A stretch of DNA of 64,000 nt from Eledone cirrhosa. Lineage: Eukaryota. The number at the start of each line of letters is the position of its first letter. Positions within the stretch are counted from its first letter, which is position 1. Positions 12,302 to 24,147 of the stretch are shown here, in pieces. The position numbers were made by a program, and so were the translations under genes. The DNA lies in NCBI GenBank assembly GCA_964016885.1, contig OZ024743.1:11098001-11162000 (forward strand), in the 5' to 3' direction. The notes beneath the pieces were generated by a model, which ran no database searches, had not been told where the DNA came from, and saw only the letters and a program-made list of their open reading frames with translations.

Positions 12302-14895
12302 GCAAAATGAGGATATGAGCATGGGGGAGGCCTCGTTTTTGCCACTCTACGGTGTAAATGTCACACTTAACTGGTCCAAATACTTTCCTCTCTTGATGAG
12401 TTCCATGAGATTGATTAGTTTCAATCAGAAGACTCGGCCTGGATATCGTGTCGGTCTTTGGCCTGTTGACCCTGGAAGAGTTCTACCTCAATCTCTTTCC
12501 ACTTGGGATTGGACGTGAAAGTTATGAACTGATCAGGCCTACCGTAATGCCGTACGTAAGTCATAGCGTCTTGCGTCCTCTCGTGCATAGAGCGCGGACT
12601 TCCAGTGAAAGTGGACGGGAGGATGTAGAGTTTGCCTATGCTGGTGGGGGCTGCATCATTGTTGATGGCATTGCGGAAGTGGATGTAGCTATCGGAACGC
12701 AGTTGCTTCTGGTGTGACCGTTTGAAGCACAACCTGTCCGACTCCATTTTCGCGCACATATCAACCGCGAATTGCCGAAAGAGGTCTCTTGACTGGTGCA
12801 GGTGGTTGACGGAGTTTTGGTGGACCATGAAGCGGTTTGAGTAGAAGTCCATGCAGGAAACGGTTTTCTTGGCGGAATGCCCAGGGTTTTCTGGATTATG
12901 CTGTGGAAGACCTAATCGGTATCCATCCTCTCCATGCACAAATAGAAGCGAGTACTGAAGGGCGTTATAAGATCTATTGGGTTTCACTTATACGCTGAAG
13001 TGTGTTGTCCCGTCGCCTGAGAACAATGTCTCGTGGGTTGCGCTGATCGCCATGGAGAAAAACAGCGATTTCATTGCAAGCAGGTGAATTGTAGCGGCCC
13101 GAATGCTGGCCAGAAGGCCTGTTTGAGGTGCCAATGACCACATTAAAGTCTGATGAAGGAGCTGCTACCAAAGAATATTTGAAACTGATGATATAGCTGT
13201 TGTGTGTGTGTAATATGTCTTGTAGTTTCCTTATAAGCTCCAGGTTGGTACCAGGAGTTCCGCATGGCTGCCTGTTCGCTGACATTCGAAGTAAAGTTGA
13301 AGAAATTGAGGAACTTGATTGGCGGTAGGCTGGAGTGATCCAATTCTATGGTACACTTGCCCTTGCACTTTAAATGTGGGCATAAATCCACCCTCTTTGA
13401 CAATATTTGCCCCGAAAGATGTCATCTGGAAGGCATAATTGTACTTCCGGATATTTTTTAGGAAATGATTAGATTCTGCAGTTGTGTCTGTAAAATGGAG
13501 CTTCAACGGCTGTGGTGGGTCCTCCAGTGGGTACAGTTTGACCTTCCCGTTTGTGCAGCACATACCAGGTGTTTCGCCTGACCACTTTTTAGCATTGCAA
13601 AAAGAGCACGATTTTGACATACTCCCAAGTATCATGTCGTAGGGGCTGTCATAGTCGAAGTCGGGGTTGTACTTGAAGGCTTTGAAGGCCCATTTTGAGC
13701 GGCATGGTTTTGAAATGCCCTGCCTAAAGGCTCTTCGTTGAGAATTACTTTCTAGTTGATTATCTTGTTCTTGCGAGGCCTGTGTAGCTCGCGCAGCAGC
13801 AGTGTTGTTCGTAGCATCATCACTCCGACGTCTACTACGCTGGTCTTCTCTCTCGGCAGGTCGTGCAGCAGAAGTTGATGCATCATCATCACTCCGACGT
13901 CTACTACGCTGGTCTTCTCTCTCGGCAGGTCGTGCAGCAGAAGTTGATGCATCATCATCACTCCGACGTCTACTACGCTGGTCTTCTCTCTCGGCAGGTC
14001 GTGCAGCAGAAGTTGATGCATCATCATCACTCCGACGTCTACTACGCTGGTCTTCTCTCTCGGCAGGTCGTGCAGCAGAAGTTGATGCATCATCATCACT
14101 CCGACGTCTACTACGCTGGTCTTCTCTCTCGGCAGGTCGTGCAGCAGAAGTTGATGCATCATCATCACTCCGACGTCTACTACGCTGGTCTTCTCTCTCG
14201 GCAGGTCGTGCAGCAGAAGTTGATGCAGCATCATCACTCCGACGTCTACTACGCTGGTCTTCTCTCTCGGCAGGTCGTGCAGCAGAAGTTGATGCATCAT
14301 CATCACTCCGACGTCTACTACGCTGGTCTTCTCTCTCGGCAGGTCGTGCAGCAGAAGTTGATGCAGCATCATCACTCCGACGTCTACTACGCTGGTCTTC
14401 TCTCTCGGCAGGTCGTGCAGCAGAAGTTGATGCAGCATCATCACTCCGACGTCTACTACGCTGGTCTTCTGTCTCGGCAGCTCGTGCAGCAGAAGTTGAT
14501 GCAGCATCATCACTCCGACGTCTACTACGCTGGTCTTCTGTCTCGGCAGCTCGTGCAGCAGAAGTTGATGCAGCATCATCACTCCGACGTCTACTACGCT
14601 GGTCTTCTGTCTCGGCAGCTCGTGCAGCAGAAGTTGATGCAGCATCATCACTCCGACGTCTACTACGCTGGTCTTCTGTCTCGGCAGCTCGTGCAGCAGA
14701 AGTTGATGCAGCATCATCACTCCGACGATTGGTTTGTTGTTTGTATGTTTCAAGTGCTCTTCTGGTTACAGTACGTTCTGCATTTTGCGACTGTCGAATA
14801 GCAGATTCCACTGACGATTCGTTTGCCCGCGTTGTTCTTTCTCTTGCCACTATCGCAGTATTTCGGCCAATGGAGTATCTCTTCCTTCGAGGCAT
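12302..14895 (-). pseudogene. Helitron Rep/Helicase N-terminal part (frameshifted, truncated after the HUH motif)
   Basis: CSFC...MCCTNGKV zinc motif, FLKNIRKYNYAFQMTSFG, FKVQGQVYHRIGSL, ILPSTFTGSPR...DAMTYVRHYGRPD.FITFTSNPKWKEI, and IYTVEWQKRGLPHAHILI (HUH) at about 12305-12360; at least 3 frameshifts; helicase absent. Confidence 0.92.
13812..14727. repeat. 63-bp coding minisatellite, about 14.5 copies (21-aa repeat RRRSDDAASTSAARAAETEDQ-type)
   Basis: Direct tandem repeat visible in DNA and in ORF 13231..14895. Confidence 0.97.
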
Positions 14896-15198
14896 GATCT
14901 AAAAGCAGGACGAAGTACACTAAGACTAACTGGTAGAGTAAGGAGTAAACTCGTCAGTGATGCATGTGATATCCGAACCGTTGACTTAAAGTTTAAGCAA
15001 AGAATCGCTCTTTTCACACTTAATAGCATCTTCTACCTAAAAGCAGTATGAAGTACACTAAGACTAACTGATGTAATCGTATGTAATTGTTGGCCTTGTT
15101 TGTTTATATTTTTTTTGTGTATGCAAAAATATCTGTCAGTGATGCATGTGATTATGTAATCGCCGGCCTTGTTTGTTTATATTCTGATTTTGTGTATG

Positions 15199-15234
<36 letters not shown>

Positions 15235-15539
15235 TAACATATTAAAATTTAAGCAAAGAATCGCTGCTTTCAACCTTAACGGGATCTTCTGAAAGTAAAA
15301 AAAATCAATCTGTGAACGCAGCCGAAACGTTGCAGCCGAAGGAAAACAGGAAGACGATACTTTGGTTCGTGAAGACGGCATAAGAATATATGTATATATA
15401 CACACACATTATATATACATATATACACACACACACTGATCGCGTCATAATGACGTGATGCAGACAGTCAGGCATACAGACAGATATTATAAGGGCCACG
15501 TCATATCTATGTATCTATCTAAAAAAAGAAAGACTAAGC

Positions 15540-15609
<70 letters not shown>

Positions 15610-15812
15610 GCTAAATCGCCGTATGCGGTCCCTGGGGCATTGAAAATTTCAAATTTTTTTGCTCAGAACACTCAATAGGACCATAAGTATTACATGTGTA
15701 AAGTTTGAAAACAATCGGTTGGGTGGTTCTCGAGTGTTAGTGATTGTACAGACAGACAGTCAGACAAACAGACATTCTCCGGTTTAGTAATATAGATATG
15801 TATATGTATTTG

Positions 15813-15846
<34 letters not shown>

Positions 15847-15850
15847 TATG

Positions 15851-15945
<95 letters not shown>

Positions 15946-15989
15946 ATATATATGTATATATATATATGTATATATATATATAATATATG

Positions 15990-16114
15990 TGAAAAGAGGT
16001 GAGGTCACCGACGGCTGAGCTCCGGCCGTTTCGACATTACCCATTCTACTACCCTAATTATTGAGTACCTTGGTGTTTTATCGTCCACCTGGTCTCTTAC
16101 CATACCCTCTTTCT

Positions 16115-16163
<49 letters not shown>

Positions 16164-16367
16164 CACTGGTTTTAGTTAGTAGGCTATGATCATGTTGGGG
16201 CGTCGCCATTAGCTGGGTGTAGTAAACCATATTTTTTCATCGATCTCTCACACCGTCCGTGTCAGCATCAAGACAATTCTATATAAAATACGAGTAACGG
16301 ACTCGTGTAATTATGTTTTATGGAAACGATGTTACATGACTTCAGCAAATAGTAAACGTAAACACAG

Positions 16368-16456
<89 letters not shown>

Positions 16457-16840
16457 GCTCTGTTGTCTAACCTGATTAGTTTTTTCGTTGTTTTTGGTAT
16501 TGCATGGTTGGGTTTTGCCTACCGCAATTTTCAATTTGTCAAGCCATCTAAACGTATGTTATTACCCTTATTGAGTGCTTTGCTACTCATTCCTTATTGT
16601 AGGTCGATTTTGCTTGGCCGCAGCCAAATCTTCGATTTACTAAGCTTCCACTTGTATATATAACAAAGAAAGTGTGGTAAGAAACCAGGTGGACCATAAC
16701 GCACCAGAGTACTCGATACTTAGGGTAGTAGATTGCGTAATAGGAAAAGAGTCAGGACCCCGTAAGCTGAGCCCCGGCTGTTCGGATCTAGCTGTCGAAA
16801 CGGCCGGAGCTCAGCCGACGGAGTCCTGACTCTTTTCCTA
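15990..16840. repeat. Two diverged inverted copies of a small structured repeat (15990-16115 and 16667-16840)
   Basis: cggctgagctccggccgtttcgaca...gtccacctggt.tcttacca mirrors tggtaagaaaccaggtggac...tgtcgaaacggccggagctcagccg. Confidence 0.65.
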
Positions 16841-17006
16841 TATATATATATATATATATATATTCAGGTTTGAGGTTCACCACTGTATAGAGCTGGTCTA
16901 TTCCGTATGGTCAATCGTAATGCAATAATATAGAGAGTACTCAACGTAAAGCAGTTCAACCGTCTTTGTTTTTGTAGTTGGTGGTGCTATTACGGAGTTA
17001 AATATT

Positions 17007-17102
17007 ATAATGAAATGACAGGAGGCTGGATTTGTGTAAATCCTTGAAAGGTTTAAACCTTTCAAGGATTTACACAAATCCAGCCTCCTGTCATTTCATT
17101 AT
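17007..17102. repeat. Perfect 96-bp palindrome
   Basis: Centre ggttt|aaacc at 17054/17055; arms resemble the 3' end of the ribozyme-bearing insert at 54836-54947. Confidence 0.95.
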
Positions 17103-17398
17103 TATATATATATATATATATGAATAAAGTGGTCCTTCGTCAGTGATCTTCCAACCATCACAGGTATTACTTCGCTTTAAAGACCATATACCTCCGGTTG
17201 GTGCGAGCAACGGCTAAAAAACGTCGCTGGGACACGTAAATAAAGGGGACAGCGAGAGTGTAAACAAACAAAGATTGTGAAGCAAGGAAAAGTGAGGAAG
17301 AACGAGTCAAGTCCCAAATTTCCATGAATCGGTGAAATCGTGAACGAGAGAGAATAAAAACCATCAAACCTGGTTGGAATGTGAGCAAGGAAGGAATT

Positions 17399-17434
<36 letters not shown>

Positions 17435-17557
17435 AAAAACCTCAAACCCTCCATCTCAATTCTTGTTTTGAAAAGCCTAAGAACTGCGAAACCGGTAAAG
17501 GAAACAAATAAATATTCTTAAAAAGACTCCAGTTGCATTTTCGTTTTCATCTATTTT

Positions 17558-17634
<77 letters not shown>

Positions 17635-17836
17635 TATGTATACGTACATACACATATGTATACAGACGTACAGTAGTATGTATATACATACATACATGCA
17701 CACATGTATATATATGTACGTATGGGTTTACCGAACACTTATTATAATGTTCGGTTTGTTTGTAAACAAACAGCCCGTTTAAGCCGTACAGTGTTCGGCA
17801 ACCATCGTTGCCCTTTTATTCAACACTGACAAAGGA

Positions 17837-17879
17837 ACGATGAACTAGTTTCTAGCTTATTAGCTGTCATCAGCACCGT
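17837..17879 (-). ncRNA. Type I hammerhead ribozyme in a solo relative of the 466-bp unit
   Basis: ACGGTG-CTGATGA-c-AGCT-aata-AGCT-a-GAAA-CTAG-TT-CATCGT. Confidence 0.8.
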
Positions 17880-18266
17880 ATACCTTCCTGTCAGCTGATT
17901 GAACGTTTGAAAGTATATACTTTCCTTATGCATATTAATGGCTGAGCAGCCTAATTTGCATATCGAGTTAGTCGGCCGGGCGTACCGAAAACGATAAATG
18001 GAAAAAGTGAAATTTCACTTTACATTCCCTTACCACCCGCACACATACAAGTTTGTTGCATCACCACACTGCGAAGCACACACTTGCATAGAACAACACA
18101 CATACATACGGGAATATACACATTGCCATAAATACTTCGTATCCTTCAGACTCTCACTTAAGCAGTTACACACTCATAAATACGAAGACTCCCAAATAGA
18201 TACTTCCATATATTGTTCACACACACACACACATGCAGACTAGAAAACACAAGATAACGCACAGGT

Positions 18267-18353
<87 letters not shown>

Positions 18354-18386
18354 TCTAATTGATTTTGTATCTCTGTGGTTGACATT

Positions 18387-18469
<83 letters not shown>

Positions 18470-18965
18470 GAGAGAGAGAGATGATCACACACAAACACAT
18501 TTACATACACATATACCCTCACAAACATATTTAGACGTATGTGTATGTATACAGAAAATAAACATAAATGAAAGAAATACAACAAAAATAACATGAGCCG
18601 AAATGTAACTGAATCCAGGGTAAATAGTCAACACAACAGTGATATTCAGACTCCTGCTGTGGACACAGTTTGAAATTGTGAAACCGAGTGAACTCCACCC
18701 AACACCCTGTTTTAGCAGTACAATTAGCTGTAGTGAGCAGACAGCCAGCAAGCCGCCATACGCGACGTTCCTATTGCTTGCATTGTAAACAGCCTGCATC
18801 ACAGGCAGACGACACATATTCATATGGCGTTTAAAATATATGTGTGGCTTCGCTGTGCATTTGGCCGGTTTGTCTTGTTCAAATTCTACACAGGTCTTTC
18901 CAGTGGTAACTCTCTCTCTCTCGCTCTCTCTCCAAACATATATACACGCAATATATATATGTGTG

Positions 18966-19032
<67 letters not shown>

Positions 19033-19418
19033 AAAATACTACAGTCTAAGCATTCAGACTTTAACTGAATGAATACTCAATACGTATGATGTAATTTTCT
19101 GATGAAAAAATGAGTGACATCGATGCATCAGCTTGGACACTTCATCTAGCTGCATCTTGTGGTGGAATTAGGCTTATTTATAAAGTTTGTCACAGGTGGA
19201 AAGGATTGAAAATCTATTTGAAATGGTGTACCCACACCTAATACCGATCAATCAACTATCAAACATAAATACACAAATACATGCATACACACATTTGATA
19301 GTCAATTACAACTAAATTTTCCTCCCTTCCTATCTCCTACTACAACCCAGGCTGAGATAAACTATATATACATATATATGGTGCTATTAAGTTAGACATG
19401 GCCGAAACCTATCAAAGT

Positions 19419-19485
<67 letters not shown>

Positions 19486-20650
19486 AGCTATGTATGTATG
19501 TAATTGAGAACGCTTTTCCGAAGAACGGAAAAGTACCATAAGTAAATAAGGTATTCAATACATTATTAGAGATGTAAAGAATTACCAATACTATGTAATT
19601 AATATAATGATTTCACGACAAAAAGAAGCTGTCCATCGATCCCATACTCCTGCAGAACCCTACACAACAAGTCCTGTGGTAACTCCTTGGCTGGAATATA
19701 TTTGAATCCGTCTTTCGTCGTTTCTCCCGTTTTAACATAAACCAGACTAATCTGTTGCAAGTGTTTGCTCTAAGTCAATGTCTAAATATGCTGCTTCTTA
19801 CTGCAGTGACCTATGATTCGTTATTTATTTTCCCTTTTACTCCATCAGTTTTAGAGGCCAGGCAAAAAAAAACATTTACTGAACATTTACAAAACATTTG
19901 ACTAAGGGATTAAAATAATTTAATAATTTATAACCCAAATCTTTCCTTAACATGTATTATGGTCTCGGTATCAAATGTAATTTCTAAGATAATTTTCGTA
20001 TATAAAAATTTGTCATACGTACAATTCGAAACAGTTTAAAGTAGTTTATCAATAAACTACAAGACCATTATTTGCTTTTATAGATTGATTTTAAAGATTG
20101 AAAAGACTATCAACTAAACTTGGTGGAATTTCAGCTAAGAACATAAAGGATTATAATTGAATTGCACAGTGTATTTCGTCTCGATGTTGGTTATAGGATA
20201 TGTGTGAGTGTGATTGGGTCTATATATTTGCATACCTTTACATAGCAGTAAATAGATAACTTTTGTGTAAATCCACCCGCCTATTAATATCCTCACCATG
20301 ATGCAGTTACACATGATCGATTTATTTGATTGATTTATTAAATTTTCTATCATATATTAGTAGTGTAATTGAAAATCGGTTTTAAATGATTTTTTATTGA
20401 GAATTTTTCTATAATCTATAATATAATAAAGGGAGGGGTGCAGGACAGCGTCCATTTTATATTTTTCTATCCCGTTAGTAAAATAAGTTGGATTAATCAT
20501 GAATGAATATTATGTAATTTATCTACTAAATTTCGTAGCTCTTGATTAAATATAAATATTCTTATATATAAAGTATTGCTTATTTTAACATTCACTTCTT
20601 TAAAATTTTCAAATGTCAACACTTCCGGTTAGCGCCCATTATATCATAAA

Positions 20651-20917
20651 AGGGGTCGATAAAATAAAGTACCAGTAATGCACTGGGTAATTGCTGGCCT
20701 TGTGCCTAAAGTAGAAACAATTATATCATAAAAGGGCGGCGAATTGGCAGTATCGGTAGAGGGTCGGACGCCATGCTTTGCAGCATAGAGTTACATCCCT
20801 TTATGATCTGAGTTCAAATCTCGCCGATGTTAACTTTGCCTTACGAGGTCGATAAAATAAAGTACCAGTAATGCACTGGAATAATTGCTGACCTTGTGCT
20901 AAAAGTAGAAACAATTA
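20651..20917 (+). mobile_element. tRNA-derived SINE (partial copy followed by full copy)
   Basis: Same family as 6712-6900, with A/B-box-like motifs. Confidence 0.8.
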
Positions 20918-21550
20918 TATCATAACACTCATCACATCGCTTCTATAAACGTTCATATATTTGCATCGTTATATAAGGTTTATATTTCCGTCGCTAATTT
21001 TCTCCTTTTTCATTTTCATAACATTTTAGTTTATCATATATGTTGTTTATATATAATATCGTCTTTTTTTAAGGTATCATGGATTACTTTTCTGATTACA
21101 GAAGAGAGTGTAACACAGACTTCGTTCAATTCCTGTGCATATTGTCAATTACGATTTTATTTGACGTATCATATCTACATGCATATATATTTGCGTATAA
21201 TATCAATATGCTCACTACATATCTAAGCAGAAAACCATCCGAGGGTGGATTTTTCTGCTAGTGGTCATTAAGGAGGAAATTATTATTTATTATGATGAGA
21301 AAGTATTTAGGTTAGCAAACTAATTTGAAGAATGGAAGAGTGAACTAGCAAATATTATGGCCTCTGGCCTTACTATTGGGTGGCAGTGGGTTAGAGGTAT
21401 ATATGATCCTGTCCTTGAAGCCACTAGTGCTTTATTGTGGTTAGGTTTTATTCAATGAGGGACAGGAGATTCTTCCAGTTACATTAATAATCAAGTCTTT
21501 GAAAACTATTTTGGAGGGCAAACATCTAAGAAAGTCACAGGAAGGATGGT

Positions 21551-21611
<61 letters not shown>

Positions 21612-21619
21612 GTATATAC

Positions 21620-21651
<32 letters not shown>

Positions 21652-21703
21652 GTATATACATATATATATATATGTATATACATATATATATATATGTATA
21701 TAC

Positions 21704-21735
<32 letters not shown>

Positions 21736-21843
21736 GTATATACATATATATATATATGTATATACATATATATATATATAAATATATATATATACATATA
21801 TATATACATATATATATACATATATATATACATATATATATAC

Positions 21844-21874
<31 letters not shown>

Positions 21875-21886
21875 CATATATATACA

Positions 21887-21918
<32 letters not shown>

Positions 21919-21980
21919 CATATATGTATATATATATATATATGTATATATATATGTATGTATATATATACATATATATG

Positions 21981-22013
<33 letters not shown>

Positions 22014-22056
22014 GTATATATATATGTATATATATATATATGTATATATATATATG

Positions 22057-22142
<86 letters not shown>

Positions 22143-22157
22143 CATATATATATATAC

Positions 22158-22205
<48 letters not shown>

Positions 22206-22245
22206 GTATACATATATATATATATATACATATATATATGTATAC

Positions 22246-22295
<50 letters not shown>

Positions 22296-22301
22296 GTATA
22301 C

Positions 22302-22365
<64 letters not shown>

Positions 22366-22371
22366 GTATAC

Positions 22372-22443
<72 letters not shown>

Positions 22444-22449
22444 GTATAC

Positions 22450-22481
<32 letters not shown>

Positions 22482-22487
22482 GTATAC

Positions 22488-22543
<56 letters not shown>

Positions 22544-22617
22544 ACATATATATATATATATATATGTATACATATATATATATATATATATGTATACATA
22601 TATATATATATATATGT

Positions 22618-22653
<36 letters not shown>

Positions 22654-22889
22654 ACATATATATATATATATATATATATATGTATACATATATATATATA
22701 CATATATATATGTATACATATATATATATACATATATATATATATGTATACATATATATATATACATATATATATATATGTATACATATATATGTATACA
22801 TATATATATATACATATATATATATACATATATATATATATATGTATACATATATATATATATACATATATATATATATGTATACATAT
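21551..22889. repeat. Long degenerate (TA)n tract with CA/TGTATACA variants
   Basis: Direct inspection. Confidence 0.98.
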
Positions 22890-23116
22890 ATAAACAATTA
22901 AGTTAAAAATGTACATCCACATATGTATACTGAAATACTAGTATGCATATGAATACACACACGTATACATATGTAGATGTACCGAGTTTTTCACTGGTCA
23001 CTTTACTGTGAGTGTCCAGCTATTCTGTATGTAAACACACAGACAAACCGGTTTTTAGAGTCATACTGGTTTTTGAGGAAACACCTTTCCTCTATTCTCC
23101 AGAAAGCCAGACAAGG

Positions 23117-23161
23117 AATATTGAACTAGTTTCGTTGTTGTTACAACTCATCAGCAATATT
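23117..23161 (-). ncRNA. Type I hammerhead, left arm (second copy 23583-23627)
   Basis: Reverse complement of the 24103-24147 motif. Confidence 0.88.
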
Positions 23162-24102
23162 TACCTATCTTCCGGCCTTTCTAGAGAATCGTAAAAGCAC
23201 ATATCGTTATATGCTTTTTCTATGAAAATTAGTAGTGGGCAGACCAATTTGCATAGAGCGTGAGTACGTACCGGTTCAACGGAGACGATAAAAACAAATA
23301 ACGAAACGAAATTAAATTTCGTTTCGTTTGTAACTCACTTTTGTATGACTGACGCTTAAACAATTATGTTAAAAATGTACATCCACATATGTATACTGAA
23401 ATACTAGTATGCATATGAATACACACACGTATACATATGTAGATGTACCGAGTTTTTCACTGGTCACTTTACTGTGAGTGTCCAGCTATTCTGTATGTAA
23501 ACACACAGACAAACCGGTTTTTAGAGTCATACTGGTTTTTGAGGAAACACCTTTCCTCTATTCTCCAGAAAGCCAGACAAGGAATATTGAACTAGTTTCG
23601 TTGTTGTTACAACTCATCAGCAATATTTACCTATCTTCCGGCCTTTCTAGAGAATCGTAAAAGCACATATCGTTATATGCTTTTTCTATGAAAATTAGTA
23701 GTGGGCAGACCAATTTGCATAGAGCGTGAGTACGTACCGGTTCAACGGAGACGATAAAAACAAATAACGAAACGAAATTAAATTTCGTTTCGTTTGTAAC
23801 TCACTTTTGTATGACTGACGCTTAAACAATTATGTTAAAAATGTACATCCACATATGTATACTGAAATACTAGTATGCATATGAATACACACACGTATAC
23901 ATATGTAGATTTACCGAGTTTTTCACTGGTCACTTTACTGTGAGTGTCCAGCTATTCTGTATGTAAACACACAGACAAACCGGTTTTTAGAGTCATACTG
24001 GTTTTTACTATGCAAATTGGTCTGCCCACTACTAATTTTCATAGAAAAAGCATATAACGATATGTGCTTTTACGATTCTCTAGAAAGGCCGGAAGATAGG
24101 TA

Positions 24103-24147
24103 AATATTGCTGATGAGTTGTAACAACAACGAAACTAGTTCAATATT
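24103..24147 (+). ncRNA. Type I hammerhead, right arm (repeats start at 24569, 25035, 25501, 25967)
   Basis: AATATTG-CTGATGA-GTTGT-aaca-ACAAC-GAAA-CTAG-TT-CAATATT: perfect 7-bp stem I, 5-bp stem II, palindromic stem III, GUU site. Confidence 0.9.

Larger units (their letters stand above)
11265..15796 (-). mobile_element. Internally deleted Helitron
   Basis: 5' end a|TCTATATTACTAAA followed by (TCTG)n-like repeats; 3' subterminal hairpin CCCGAGCAACGCCGGG then ...GATAG|t (CTAG-like); inserted at an A^T site; contains Rep coding sequence. Confidence 0.85.

Noticed and set aside
13812-14727. CRISPR-like periodicity here and in the 466/310 arrays
   Set aside because: No unique spacers, no cas genes, eukaryotic context
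13752-14902. Alternative-frame and antisense 312-366-aa ORFs over the Helitron repeat
   Set aside because: Stop-free by-products of the 63-bp unit; only the 554-aa frame links to Helitron motifs
21200-21550. Possible decayed PLE 3' end with hammerhead remnant
   Set aside because: Hairpin and a PSLN-like peptide are suggestive, but the core (TTAATGA...GAGC) is too degenerate to call
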